A model generated the notes under the pieces. It was given only the letters and a program-made list of their open reading frames with translations. It did not search any database and was not told the DNA's origin. The translations under genes and the position numbers were made by a program. Below, one piece after another: positions 13,666 through 26,824 of a stretch of 64,000 bases of DNA (position 1 is the first letter of the stretch; the number at the start of each line of letters is the position of its first letter). This stretch comes from Felis catus. Lineage: Eukaryota. Location of the stretch: NCBI RefSeq assembly GCF_018350175.1, contig NC_058372.1, forward strand, positions 112,406,001-112,470,000, read 5' to 3'.

Positions 13666-14164
13666 AGAGGAATACTACTTGGTCATGAAAAATAATGAGA
13701 TTTTGCCATTTGTGAGAACAGGAAGAGAGTATTATGCTCAGTGAAATAAGTCAGACAAAGAAAGACAAATACTGTATGATTTCATTTACATGGAATCTAA
13801 AAACAAAACAAATGAATAAACAGAATCATAAATACAGAGAACAAACTGGTGGTTGCCAGAGAGGAGGGGGATAGGTGAAATTGGTGAAGGCGATTAAGAG
13901 GTACAGATTAAGAGATTAAGAGGTACAGACTTACAGTTACAAAGTAAATAAATCATGGGAATGAAAAGTACAGCATGGGGAACATAGTCAATACTGTAAC
14001 AATGTTGTTTGGCGACAGATGTAACTTCATTTAGAGTAGTGAGCATAATTTACTGTATGCAATTGTTAAATCACTAGGTTGTACACCAGAAACCAATATA
14101 ACATTGTATGTCAACTGTACTTCAATTAAAAAATAATAAATTAAAAATAGATAAGAATAAAAAA
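12468..14164 (+). mobile_element. 5'-truncated carnivore L1 (ORF2 3' end plus 3'UTR) with nested Can-SINE (12488-12606) and gap (12607-12793)
   Basis: Disrupted ORF2 peptide (AKETKAKI...FCTAKETINKRKRQPTEWKKIFAN), A-rich tail, 13-bp TSD taaatgaccaggc at 12455-12467 and 14165-14177. Confidence 0.93.
13612..13662. repeat. (CA)n microsatellite inside L1
   Basis: Long AC dinucleotide run with one atat interruption. Confidence 0.95.
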
Positions 14165-17100
14165 TAAATGACCAGGCCTCCGAGAATAGCTGAGGTACCA
14201 ACAGGCAGGGGTCCAGGCTACAGTCTGTCCTCATTCTCTTAACCCTCACCATGACCTTGATGTTGTACAGGGACTAGAGAATTTTAAAAAGCCAAGGCCT
14301 GTCTGAGGAAGACTTTCTTACTATCTTCTCCTTTCTTTAAATATGCCTTGGGGAGAAAAGTTATATTTTGTCTGCTTCGTGTTCATAGTGTATGTCTTCC
14401 ATTGCAAAGTAATGGTTTTATTATTTTTCCTGAACTCATCCTAAAAGATGACCCAGTACTTTTCAAAGACCAACAGGCATTCAAGGAATGACTGAAGATG
14501 GGACTAATCTACTCAGCAAAGCAGACCGTATGTACAGCTTATGTCTGTCTGTCTCACTCCTTCAGGAGTTGGAAGGGATGAGAAAGTGGTCCCAGAGCTC
14601 TGACTGTATCTTAAGTATCTCAGGACAACTCACCACGTAACGGAGTCTATTTCTGATGGTGTTAAGAACACAGAGGCAGGAGGAGGGAGAAAAGGAGAAG
14701 AGATTTCTTCCTACTTTTTTTTTAACATGAGTGTTACTTTTTGTTAATGAGTTTGAATTCAGAATAATTTATTACCCTGGCATTTTCTTGTAATATCAAT
14801 GAGATTGTCTCCCTTGCTCAAGGCAAAAATCTAAGGCTACCTGTTAAATGTGTAGGTTTATCTTCTGTCCAGCATGGCTTTTCTTTTCCAGGTTCCCTGA
14901 GGGGTAAATTGAATATGTGTAAATGAGGTTGCAGGGGGTAAAACGAGGTGGGGATACAGAGAAAAGGGTAATTTAAAGGTTAAGATGGTCGACCAATTTT
15001 TGGTTTGTCTGTACACATTCCTGCAGTAGTTTTATTTTTCCTCATGCAATGTAGGAGTGTATTCAAAGAAGGAAGTTCCTAGAGTCTATCCATCAGAAAC
15101 ATTAGCTGTGTTTTGTTTTTTCATGACTATTTGTTTCCTTTTTTTTATTCACAAATATGTGGCTGCTGTGACTTTATTTTTGGGTTGTTTTGGTCTGAGT
15201 TCCAGATGTATCCAGTGTGCATCTATTTTGCGTGTGTCAAACTGCCTTTCAAGAGTAGCAAATAAAGGTTTGAAATTGGAAGACTGTCTCAAATGCCTTA
15301 ATCTTATACTTGAAATGCAGGTGGCTGGAGAAGCTGAGATTCATGATGAATATTTTACATCTTTTAATTGAAAATTGGCTTAGTGTTTTTCTCCATAGTT
15401 TGTGGAGTGTGGTCACCAAAATGCTCATAGCCAGGAGAAGCCATTGGTTGGGATAAGGCCATGTGACCTCATGTGAGGAATAAAAGCTCAGGTCTGAGTG
15501 GCTTCCTCTTTGATTGTGCTTCATGTTGGCTCCACTTGGAGTGAAGTTCAGAAGCAGCCCCTGGAGGGACACATCTGTAAGGAATTTATGCTTCTTTATT
15601 TCTGGCTTTTATTTCAGAAAACCTGATGTCTTGTATACTTGCCTTCTTGACCTATTTATAAAACAATTTTAAAATTTTTTTCTACAGTAGTCTCAGTTAA
15701 CTAAAGTTTTCTTTTACTGATACATTCTAAACAACATAAGTGAATGTGATGATCGGAAAGTATAACACAACAATGTCCTGGTGACATGAGGAGACACCTT
15801 TCTACCGCAAATAGTCCCAGGTATATACCAGTTTTCAACTTGTCAGGATGTTGCATAAGATTCTGCTGTAAGTGTCTATTACCAAATGCAAGCTACATTC
15901 TGGCATCACCCATCATGTATTGAAGATTCTAATTCATCTTTATCTTTTTCACTCAACTTTGCTTTTACAAAGAAGTAGACTTGGAAGCAGATTTCCAAGG
16001 CCTTAGGGTTTGTTTCATTTGGGAACATAAAGGTGTAAACTCAGGCAGAACATTGATAAAATGAAGGCCAGGCTTTGGCTTAATGTAGTCCTTGAAGGGA
16101 CTAGATGCAGTAACAAAATGGAACGATAGTACCAGTACAGTGGATGTGTGCTGATGTCACTTCTCTGTCACATGTTATTTGCTACTCTGTCAATGGCCAC
16201 TGCATTGGTTGTAAGTCTTGGTCATTTTATCTTCAACATTACAAAAAGAGAGATACTCACTTGGCTGAGTATCAGATGTAATTTGTAGGCACTAGAATAG
16301 TACACATGTAAGGTCATGATAGCTAGTTAAATTATTCCACAAATATTTGTTGAGCATCTAGTATTAACAGTGCATAAGGTACCTCATGATCTAGAGGAAG
16401 AGAAAGACCATGAATCATGCAACTAAAATATATCACAAATACTGCAATATCTTGAAGTCATCTCTCTTTATTCTTCCCAGTGCTTACCAAGTAATCTGCT
16501 ATTCATTTGGTTTCTCAAGTAGATTTTGTTCTGAGGAAGTAAAGAGCACCAAATGTGCCATAAAATGTTTGGTCTAGTTGAGCCAATCAATCTCCTAGGA
16601 GATTTGTTAGTAGAAGCTCATCCAAGAGGCTGATCACCACAGTGTGAACTGGCAAAATAAAATTTCTGGGCCCAACAAACCACAGATGACAGCTTAGAAT
16701 ATGACATCTCCCAAATGAATGGCTAGCTGATCTTACACAGTAATTGAAGCTCTGTAGCTTAATGCAATGACATTTTCTGTAGTTAGCCCAGTAAAATGAT
16801 GCCATGAAGCAAGCCACTACCAGGGCCCTGGACAGTGCCACCATAGCCACAGGACAAGCAGATTGTATCCATTGCCCCAAATTAATGTAGTTCTCAATGC
16901 CTTCGGGAGCACCTGAAAGGCATGGGTTGGGCATGAGACCTGGAAAGTCTTGGGTAAATGCGGCCAATTCAGACTCTCTGAGATAAGTAGGCGTCCTTGT
17001 CAGACCTTAGCCAATAATTTAGATTTATGTGCATCCCTAAGTGCTTTGAGTTTCTTAAAGATAGTCTGCCCTTCAGGGCCATGCAATACTTATACTTTCT

Positions 17101-18630
17101 GCCATCTTTAGTATTCTGTTGAATTTTGGTGACCTCATCAATACACAATAAACCTGAAAATTTTATATCAATAGTGTATTTCCTCTTACTGTCAGAAGAT
17201 ATTCACCTTGTACATATGGATGAATTAAAAACGAAAGGAAATGTTGCCATGTATTTGTTGATCTCTATCTGTAATGGCATGTTGCTTCCATCTTTAGCCA
17301 AAGTTAGGTTTTGGTCAGTCACAAATTTTTCTTTAGTGATGAGAGTAAATTTTAATTAGTATCTAACTATGTGGATTATTAACTAAATAGCATATTAAAA
17401 AATAAGTGGAAAGATGAAGTATAAGAATTTAAGCTACTACAACCGCAGAAGCATCTTCAGATAAAATACTTAGTAAAATGCATAAAGTTTTTCTTTATAT
17501 TAGTACACTTTCAGGCTGAGCATTACAGATACAACTTCTTTTTTTAGCTGCATTATTAAATGAAACTAAAGCTTTAGAAAACAATGCTATTAATAGTGGT
17601 GACTCATATGTTCTTCATATTTTAAGAAGGACAATGAACGTTTACAGGACAGTGTCTGAAGGATTTTCTTCACAAAATTGTTTAACTATAATTATGGTAA
17701 TATATAGTATTATGTGTTTTAATGCTACTTATAATGCAAGTTGTAATGTAGCTTATCTCTATAAAAGATTTAGTAGTAATTTATATATAGTAGTGTATAT
17801 AATGATATATATATAGAAGGCAAAAAACTCAACATTTTAGATCAATTTCAGGCACACAACATGCTATTTGTTCTAGTGTTGTTGGCAACGTAGTAGGATT
17901 CTTAGGGGAAACTGAGGAGGAAGGGGCGAGAGGCTTTTGAGGGTGAAGGGATATAGGAATAGGACTGAGTAGAGCATAACTGAGGGACACTGCATATGAC
18001 AACCTGGCTGGCTTCATGGCCTTAGTGGGAAAATCTTAGCCAGGCTAGTTGGAATCATCACTTGCAGCCAGCCGTGGGTGGTTTTGGATGCTAGCATAAG
18101 AATTTTCAAATTTAGGTTGGAAGCAATTCCATCCATTGAATATTTTTTGAATTGAGTTTTGACAAGTTGAAAGTACTGTGTTCAAAATATTAATTTGAGT
18201 GTTGTGTAGATTGGGTTGTGTTTAAAGAGTGAAGCAAGGTGATAAAATTTAGCTCAGATTGCAGTAGTCTGAGCATAGAGTGATAAAACCTGAATCACTG
18301 TCATAGCAATGCAAGTTAAAAAAGGATAGACAAATATGACAGATAATGAAAAGGTATGGCAAGGACATCAAGAGGACTTGATGGTTTGACTTTTCTAGCC
18401 CAGGGGATTGATTCAACAAACACTAGTTGAGTAACTCCTGTGTGAGAGGGTTTAGGAGATGAAAACCCACCTTACACTCTTCCCAATGCTCAATAGGGGG
18501 GAAGCCACATATTTTAAAGCTACAGACCTTGGCCTTCAGTAAACCTCAGTCTTGCTGAACAGAGGTTTTATGGAGGATTTTCTGGGATGGGATAGAGAGA
18601 CATTTTAGTTCCTGTCTGACTTGTGCATGA

Positions 18631-18800
18631 GGCATTGTGGTCGAGTTGAAAAAGCATGAACTCTGTAACCTGATAGATTTGCATTCAAGTCTTTAGCCCC
18701 TAACTCATCAACCATGTGAGACTGGGTAAGTTATTTAACGTTCCAAACCATCATTTCTTACTTTGAAAAATGATGAAATACCACCTGTGAAAGATGCTTC
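18631..18800 (+). mobile_element. MIR SINE
   Basis: atgtgagactgggtaagttatttaac resembles the MIR core, with a tRNA-like head upstream. Confidence 0.65.
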
Positions 18801-21800
18801 TCTGTAGATCTTGCAAGCAAAGATGCTGATGGCCTTTTTCCTGGACAATCTTTTCAAGGATATTTATGGTGAACAGGCTTGGAAGATAGAGATAGCATCT
18901 CTCTCTAGAGCAGAAGTCAGGTTTGCATACTGTCCAGTAGAATAAAGTTAATGTCTCCCTCCACGGCAAAGGTTTGGCAGGTTTGCTAACTGCCTATTAT
19001 GAATGATTTGGATTCCCTGAGCCCAAGGTTCTGTAACTGTGATGCAGTCCCACAGTGTGAGCATTTTCCATCCAGACCCTTCCATGTCACCCCCCCCCCG
19101 CCCCCGTGGGACTTGGGTATAAGTGGCACAAATCTGAACATGATGTTCATGCTGTTCGCTGTGCTGTGCACTTCTGATCGGGAATCTTGGGTCCTCTGCC
19201 AGCATCTAGAAAACTAGCAGGCTAACTTGTTAGATTATGATTTGGATAAAATCTGAGACCTTTTATTTTGCGAGTGTGTTTCTGGAGACAAGATACTATA
19301 TGTAACACACCTGGGACACACCATGTGGTTGAAAAGAAAACATTTATTCTACTTCTTCCCTTAATAGAGTAATTGAGCTACTGAGAGAAAGTTCTCACAG
19401 TGAAAGCAGCACTTTTTGATAGTTTCAGTGTCAGGGCACATCCTTTGTCTGGTCTCGGGATATATTTTGATGAGATTTTGAGAGAGGGATCCCAAAATGT
19501 TTGAGAACAGAAGGTTATTCTTCTGCCTGCTTGCACTGGAGAGTCTGGTGTTCTTCACTAACTTCTCAAGGCCAGGAGGTATCACAACGAGAGCAGCTTG
19601 ATAGCAATTCTGTAGATATTTGATTAGGATTGAGCTGTGATAAGGAGAGGTAACTGGTTCATCTAAGATGGTTATCTGTGGGAGGAAAAGGGTTGGGGCC
19701 TGGGGAAGAGGAGAGAAACTGCTGTCTCTCAGAGAATCTGAAGGAGAAGATGGAAGAAACTGCCCCGTTAAGAAGAACGGGAGTTCTTGGGAAGTTCCCA
19801 AGAGGAATCAGCAGAGGGGAGAGTGTCACCCTTGCAGTCCTTTGAGCTTCTGTAGTCACTTTTGCACATGTGACTGTGGCATTCAGGTGATTGATCCTAA
19901 GTCACTCTTGAGAGACATTTTCTCATCAGTGGCTCTAGGCACAGCTAGCACATTTTGGTTTTAGCTGTGGTCCACCCTCACACCATCATGCTAGGAGTGC
20001 AGGACTGCCAAGGTGAACGAAGCTGGCTTTCTGACATTCACTGGTTTACATTCTGGTACAGGAGGTAAGGCATGTCGTGCGATAGACGCAACACAAGGGG
20101 GAAAACATAGACACCGATACAGTGCAGTGTGAAGAAGAGGCCAGTGCTGACAGCATTGCTGAGGGAAAGCTTGGGCCCAGAGCTCTCATGGTCTTCAGAG
20201 TCCACTCCAGCCTCTCGTTCCAGGCCCTTTAGACTGACCAAAGATGGCACTATGCAGTGCAGAGAGCCTTTATGTCCAGAGGGCAGGAAGGAGTGGGCAG
20301 GCCCTTGGCCGTAGCTTAAAGCCAGTAGGAAACTCCTGAGTACTTCCTTTAGGCTCTCAGAATCTCCTCTCTACCATGTGCCTCGTCTCTGACACAGCTT
20401 ATCCCAAACACAGCCTTGAACTTTGGGACTGGACTTTACCTGTGACAGGCATCTTGGAAAACAACCTAACATATTTTAGATACTTGGCTTTAGGCTTTTC
20501 CTCTGGTAACTCCAACACCCCTCGTGGCCACATAATGCAAAGGAACTGTGGTTCTGACTTGGCCAATGCTGTCAGGAGGCCCTAGTTGTGAAGAGGCAGG
20601 CTTGGTGAGTTCAGCCCCAAACACTGGAGTAGAGAACACTCGTCTGTCATTTCTCAGGGCAGGTAAAGAGAACACACTCCTAAAGACAAACCCACAGTTG
20701 GGGGGTGGATGACTCAGGAACTCTAGGAATCCAGTCTTTTACCCTCACCTCCAGGAAATTACTGGTTGGTCCCTCCAGACACATTCAGTCCAGTCCCAGA
20801 AATATCTCTGGCTCTTCTGGTTTAGCCTGGATCCCTGTGCTTTTCTCTATGCGTGCACAAGGATGTTTCCAGATAAACTGTGGAAAAGCCAAACTTGAAG
20901 GGCCAGATCTGCCTTCAGAATCCAGATAGAGACCCTAGCCCAACAGTTGCCAGTTACAGTTGCACCTGTCTCAGGGAATCCTACTACTTGAGACAATGCT
21001 GCTGGCCTGGTGTGGCTGGAGACTGCTGTCTCCTCCTTGCCCTCTGAGAGTGATGGGGGCTGGGCTGTGGATTAGCAGAGGTTAGCCTCCCAAACCATTT
21101 ATATCAGAGAACATCTTAAAGACAGTACAAATGACAAAGTGAATGACTTTAGGTTTAGAGAAAGTTTGGGGCAAAAATGATTTATCAGACTTTTAATTAA
21201 TTGATTTTGATGTCGCGGCAAATCATTGAAGTCATGGAGTTAAAATTTGGTAGAGAGTGCATAATGATCTCTCTTTTCCCTGAATTTGATAGTATTATTG
21301 TCTCTGTTTAACTCAGAGTTTCTGTGCATGAAAAAGAGAAAGAGACATTTGGGCTAGCTCAAATGAAAAACAAGGTTTATTTTAAGGATAAAGAGAAATC
21401 TCATGGAATTCAGAGTCAGAGGAGTTACCTCAGGACAGGCAGGTTTCTACGTTCCATGAAAGCAAAGAGCTGCACAGCACTCGGTAGGTGTTCAGTATTT
21501 GTTGAATGAATGATGAATGAATAAACATGTGACCAAAGGCAGCGCTGAGGAAGATTTAGGCCTACTCTCTACTAATTCTGCCGGTACCTGATTTAATCTG
21601 ATTCTACCAATCCATCCTTTGTCTCTTAGTTTAAAGTCTCGAGAGAGAGGAATCCAGAGGCTACTTCTGAGGCAGATGGTCATCCTAGTCCATTAAGCAA
21701 TGGCCAGAAAGGGTAACGCCACATGAACATAGGCTCCTTCTAGGAAGTGGGCAGAAGGATGAGCAGAGCATGGCGTGAAGATTTAGGTTTCCCTAGGGCA

Positions 21801-22009
21801 TTGGCTTTGTGTGTGATCGCGTACTACCATGTACTGGTGGTGTTACTTAAGGTATATATGTGAGGGGCTTGTCTCTGGAGTGAAATTTTTTTAACATGTT
21901 GAGGACAGAGTAATAACATATATTCTTTCTCTCATAGCTCTTGAATTTTATAACTAACTCTGATCAAGGAAGAATTTCACTCAAGTATGACCCAACTGGG
22001 TGCTAACGT

Positions 22010-22210
22010 GTGCTGACTGATTATTATTTACCAGACACTGTGCTAGTTATTTTTGCAAAACTCTAACTCCTGACAACCTACTTTTGTGGGCAGACATTAT
22101 TATCCCCATTTTACAGATGAAAAGACCACGTTTCAAACTATCACTCACAGTCCAGAGTTGAAAGGGGGTGGAGCTGGAATTTTTCCTAAGATTGGTTTGT
22201 CCCCAGAAGA
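22010..22210 (-). mobile_element. MIR SINE
   Basis: attattatccccattttacagatga. Confidence 0.75.
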
Positions 22211-22599
22211 GGATTCTTCCCAATATAATATACCTGATGAATCATTAATCAGAATACTGGGATGAATTTGCCAAGACGAAGCCTAGTCTCTTCCATAAGC
22301 CATGAATTAGTCAGCTAGAGAAAAAGAGGCTTAAGGAGCATAAAAACCAGGTAAGTTTGTAGCTGTGGATTGCATATAGGTTTGGGCATACCAGCTCTAG
22401 ATGCATTATGGGATCAGTTGGGGACCTTTGATAAGGTCTGCTTTCAGATGAGATGAAAAAAAGATGAGAAGAGAAAGTTGTCTGAAAAAAAAAATCAAGT
22501 TGCAAAATGGTGTGATCTCATTTTTAAATACATAGATATATCTAAATATACACATATATAAGATATATTCAATTTTATATGTATATACCTTTGTATCAT

Positions 22600-22770
22600 A
22601 TTTTTCCATAAGATGTTAAAAGTTTTAAGACACCTATTGTTTTACATACTACTAAAAAAAAAAAAAAGACCACTAATTAATTGTAAGACACCATTGATTG
22701 TCAGAAGCATCCCAATTTCAGGGATGTTAAGAAATGGGGTGGGGAGGGGAGTGTGTATTGCAATATAAGA
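22600..22770. mobile_element. Tigger-type (TcMar) non-autonomous DNA transposon fragment
   Basis: aattgtaagacaccattgattgtcagaagcatcccaatttcagggatgttaa resembles MER46C-like elements (from memory). Confidence 0.5.
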
Positions 22771-25128
22771 AGTGATCTAGAAAGATGTGCATGAAGGTTT
22801 TATGGTGGTGATCTCTGGAGAAGAGAGCATTATTTGTCTTTAATCATTGCTTGTCTGTATATGCAAATTTCTTATAAGCCAGCCCCTCCCTGCTCACTTC
22901 ACCCTCACTCAAAGGCTAGAGGGAGGTGATCCCACCCCAGCAGAACCAGTTTTAAAATCTATTGGCATGTCAGGCACTAGGGTCAAGCCTTGGTTTTAGG
23001 ATGTGGGGGTGTAAAGTTCCCATTTTTCTTCTTAGCATGTGAGGCCACTGCCCAAACTCCAGGACAACAGGGAAAAAATGTGATTCAATAATAGGCTACA
23101 TACAGGTTGCTGGTAAATAAATGAAAAGCAGTTCCATGATGGTGGTGGATATAATACTTAGGTTTTTGTGTTCAGTTTAGTAAATGTGCAGAAAGGATTC
23201 TAATGAATAAACTTGTTTTATTATGTCTTTAATTTCTACCTTCCTTGAATTAACATGTATTAGTTTTTGTGCACTTAAAGGTAGCCATAAATCCAACAGT
23301 GAGATTAACTCAGTAGTTTTTACCAGAGAGAATAAATGGAGATATTTTAAATTTTTATGTTAAAAGAATGCCTAAAGTGATTTTTACCAAACATCATGAT
23401 GAAAGTATAAGTAAGTAATAGACATTACAGGCTTAAATGTATTATTTAGACCAGTGTGGATTTTTATTTATTTTATTGCATTCTTTCTTTTTATTAAGTC
23501 CTGGAATAATTTTATGTTCTTTTTGAAAATATGCACTTTTCTTCCTTTGCTTGGTTACATAGCCATATTTATTTGTTAATTCCTTAATACAGGTGCACAC
23601 ACAAATAACATGCAAGATTATTTTACTATTTAAAAGAAATTCTGTAACTTGTATATATTTGCCAACAGTGCAGGATATGGTCACTGATCTGAAATCATGG
23701 TTGATAGTCATTTTAACTCCTAGCTGTCTGTGCTGTTGTAATCATGTGCATGAAGCCATGACCTGATGCACTGGAGTGCTCAACAGGATGCATTAAAAGT
23801 ATGTTGATGCCAGTGGGTGATTTCATGTCAAGGTTGCAGGAGGCATTTTAATCCAAAGCTCATTTCTTGATTTATACTTGTCATCATTTGTTTACTTTTC
23901 TTAATATGGTTGTAGGACAGGGAAGGGCATAGGCCCTGGAGCAGACTAGCCTAACTTAGAAACCAGCAACTTGCAACTGATTCAGACCCTGAACTCAGGT
24001 TTCATAAATGAGGATCCCCATCAGCAAGGCTGGGACCAGCCCACAGTCACCACTCCATTGGATCTGGTTGGGCATGTGATGTCATTCAACCCTACGTGTA
24101 GGACTTACTGAGTCATCATGGCCAGTTGTAGGTATAAAGAAAGCAGGCATATGGTAGCATTTGACAAGTACCTTAAGACCTACCTGCTTCCCAAAGATGG
24201 ACCTGGCCAATGGAGACACGCAATTCCTGCATTATAGTCAGACCTGTGGATATTTGTTACCCTTATTAAAGTGTCTGTATATTGTATTGCATATAAATGA
24301 AAGTAAAATGCCATCTTTTGTGCAAAATACTCCTGTAGCAGGATCACAAAGTGTATTCACACTCTGTGTTGTACATATGTATGCTGGCTTATTTATTTAC
24401 TTGTTTGTTTATTTATTTATTTATGTATTTATTTACCCACATCTACCCAATCTGGCTAGGAGTCCTTGGGCACTGGATAGTAGAGAAGAAAAATAGGTTT
24501 AGTCTATTCCAATGGAATAATTCTTAAAACCCCTTTAAATAATGTTCAGTTCTTCAGTTAAATTCCCCTCTAGCTCAGATTTCTCTTTTTTTTAATCCCC
24601 CCTTTTCTTTTTTCTTGACTCAAGGAGGTATCTGGTATGTGGAAACAGGATGGATCCATGCATTGTTTTGTATTCTCTGCTGGCCCTTCCACTGGGACTG
24701 TGACGTCCTCTTGTGCTGACATTTTCCGCAGATATTACCCATGAGCTTGTTTTCCTCAGTTGGGTTTTAGCCCAGTAGCCTTTCCAAGCTGATTCAGCCT
24801 CACTTTGGTTCTCATTGGTGGCAGGTTTTCTCCTCCTCCTCTATCCAGACCTCTCTCCAGAGCCAGTAACCCCAGCCCCAGCTGCAGGGGCACCAACCCC
24901 TTATCAAGGTGACAAGTTTCTCCCTAAGTACTCTGGGGGGTTCTGGCCCCCATGCATAGTTAACTGACTGCATAAGGTGATTTGAGGAACTAAACCCCAA
25001 GGGCTGGTGCCTGACCTTCAAGCAGATTAAGGTCTGTTTACAAGGATGTGGCTGTGCTCCAGGTTGGTGTGGGATAACCAGAAAAATATATTTTTTAGAG
25101 CCGATAAAGGAGGTTGGGGCAGGCTTCC

Positions 25129-25600
25129 TGTACCAGTCAGGAACCACGAAAGAAGCAGATGGATGGCATGCTCGAAAGGGGTGCCTCGTTCAAGGGATTT
25201 GAGTGAAGGGACTATTCAAAGAATAGGGGAACCAAGGGGGGGGGGTGTTGAAGCACCTCAGAACAACAGCAGTGGAAAGTCCATACAATCTGTAGGCTGG
25301 AGGAGAGCATCTGATTCTAGGAACTTGACAGGCGCTGAACTGTAGAAGAGGACTCCCTATCAGAAATCATAGTCTCTGATAGTGAAAAAGCTGAGGCTGC
25401 ACAGTGCAGCCTGGCAGGGAGGGAGGCAGTCCCTACCCCTGTCTTCTGCTCTGCAGTGTCCCGCTGGGGCTCCCCACTGGCCAACGTGGAAGGGTTAGGG
25501 AATCGCATTGGTGTATTCCTTAGGTCAGTCTTCCAGGGCACAGAACAGAGTGGAGAGGAGGAACAAGGGGATCTGGAGGTGCAAACAGAATCTCCATCAT
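25129..25600. mobile_element. ERVL solo LTR (LTR33-like)
   Basis: tgtaccagtcagg...agatggatggcatgctc...aggtcagtcttccagggcacagaacagagtggaga...ggatctggaggtgcaaacagaa. Confidence 0.75.
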
Positions 25601-26784
25601 TCTGGGCCAAAGCCCAAAGAGAAAGATTGAACATACACATTTCACTTTCTTCTTCCTTTCTTTTTCCCACCGTCTCCAAGAAATGAACAGGAGACATGTA
25701 TGCCCTTGGTAAATTCTAATGCACTCTGTACCTAAGGGAACTCCCTTGCCTGGGTGTCCTGGGCTTGGCTTCTGATGATATATGAAGAGGGAAATAAAAA
25801 TATGAAGAACATCCTCTCCTTAGGAAATCACCCATTTGGCCAAGCTTTTGTCTCTCTGGAAAACCCAATTTCAGATGCCAAGAATTTAAATGTGAATCTT
25901 TTCCCCATGTTTCTTTTGCTCCTCTGCCCCACTTCAGACAGGTGGAAGCCTTAGACCAGCTAGGAAAATACTATATTCTTGGGGAAGCAAAAGAGAATAT
26001 AGCACATTAATATTTTTTTAAACTATCACCCCCAATTTCACCAATATGCAGCTGTGGTTCATATGGAAATTAAAAACTTCTATGACATTTTCACATGTCT
26101 TCTCTTATTTAACATAATTTACTCTTAACAATGATCCCATAAGGTTATCAGTTTTACAGATGAGAACACTGAGGTCAAGTGTACTCTGTAGTTAGTGGCA
26201 AACCCACAGATGGTAGAATTCCAGATCTCCTGACTCCCTGGCAAAAGGGGCCTATGCCAGCCAAGGGGGGCATAGTTTGCACATTTGGAAAGAGAACCAA
26301 ATTCATGAAGTTGTCTATATTCATAACGTACTGGTGTCTGCTAAAAATTATGTTTCTTGAGTGATTTTGTCCACTGATAACTGCTTTTATTAAAACTATG
26401 CTTTTAATCTCCTCTAAAACCTGCTTCCATAGTAACTAGGTCATTTTATACTCATGCTGCCCTGTCACATTCTCATCTGTCACTTGGTGTCTCTTATCAT
26501 TTGCTTTTATTTTTCCTCCCCATTCTGACTCACTTCCACTGGTGAATCACTTCTTTATTCACCTCCTCTTTCATCTACTCCTAGATTCTGGAATTATCCT
26601 CTGACCTCATAATTTGATTACTGCCTTCCTAACCCGGTGAGTTGAGCATATTCTACTGGAAATAGCCGGCCCTGTGCTTCTTTTGTTTGGGTTTGCATGG
26701 CTCCCTGCGCTGAGCTGTGTGACTCAAGAACACCCATTGGAAGAGGACGCAGCAGGGAAATAGGAGCAGAAGTAGGAAAAGAAG

Positions 26785-26824
26785 ATGGGGACTTGGCATT
26801 TAATGTCAAACAAGAGTGAAGAAG
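26785..26824 (+). CDS. Candidate alternative first coding exon (MGTWHLMSNKSEE-G), unverified
   Basis: Strong Kozak context aagATGg, in-frame TAG just upstream, 13 open codons plus 1 nt, donor AAG|gtaact. Phase 1 matches exon 2. No transcript evidence. Confidence 0.3.

Noticed and set aside
22340-22356. Perfect donor CAG|GTAAGT as a coding first exon
   Set aside because: The frame needed for exon 2 has TAA at 22341-22343, and there is no convincing acceptor or ATG.
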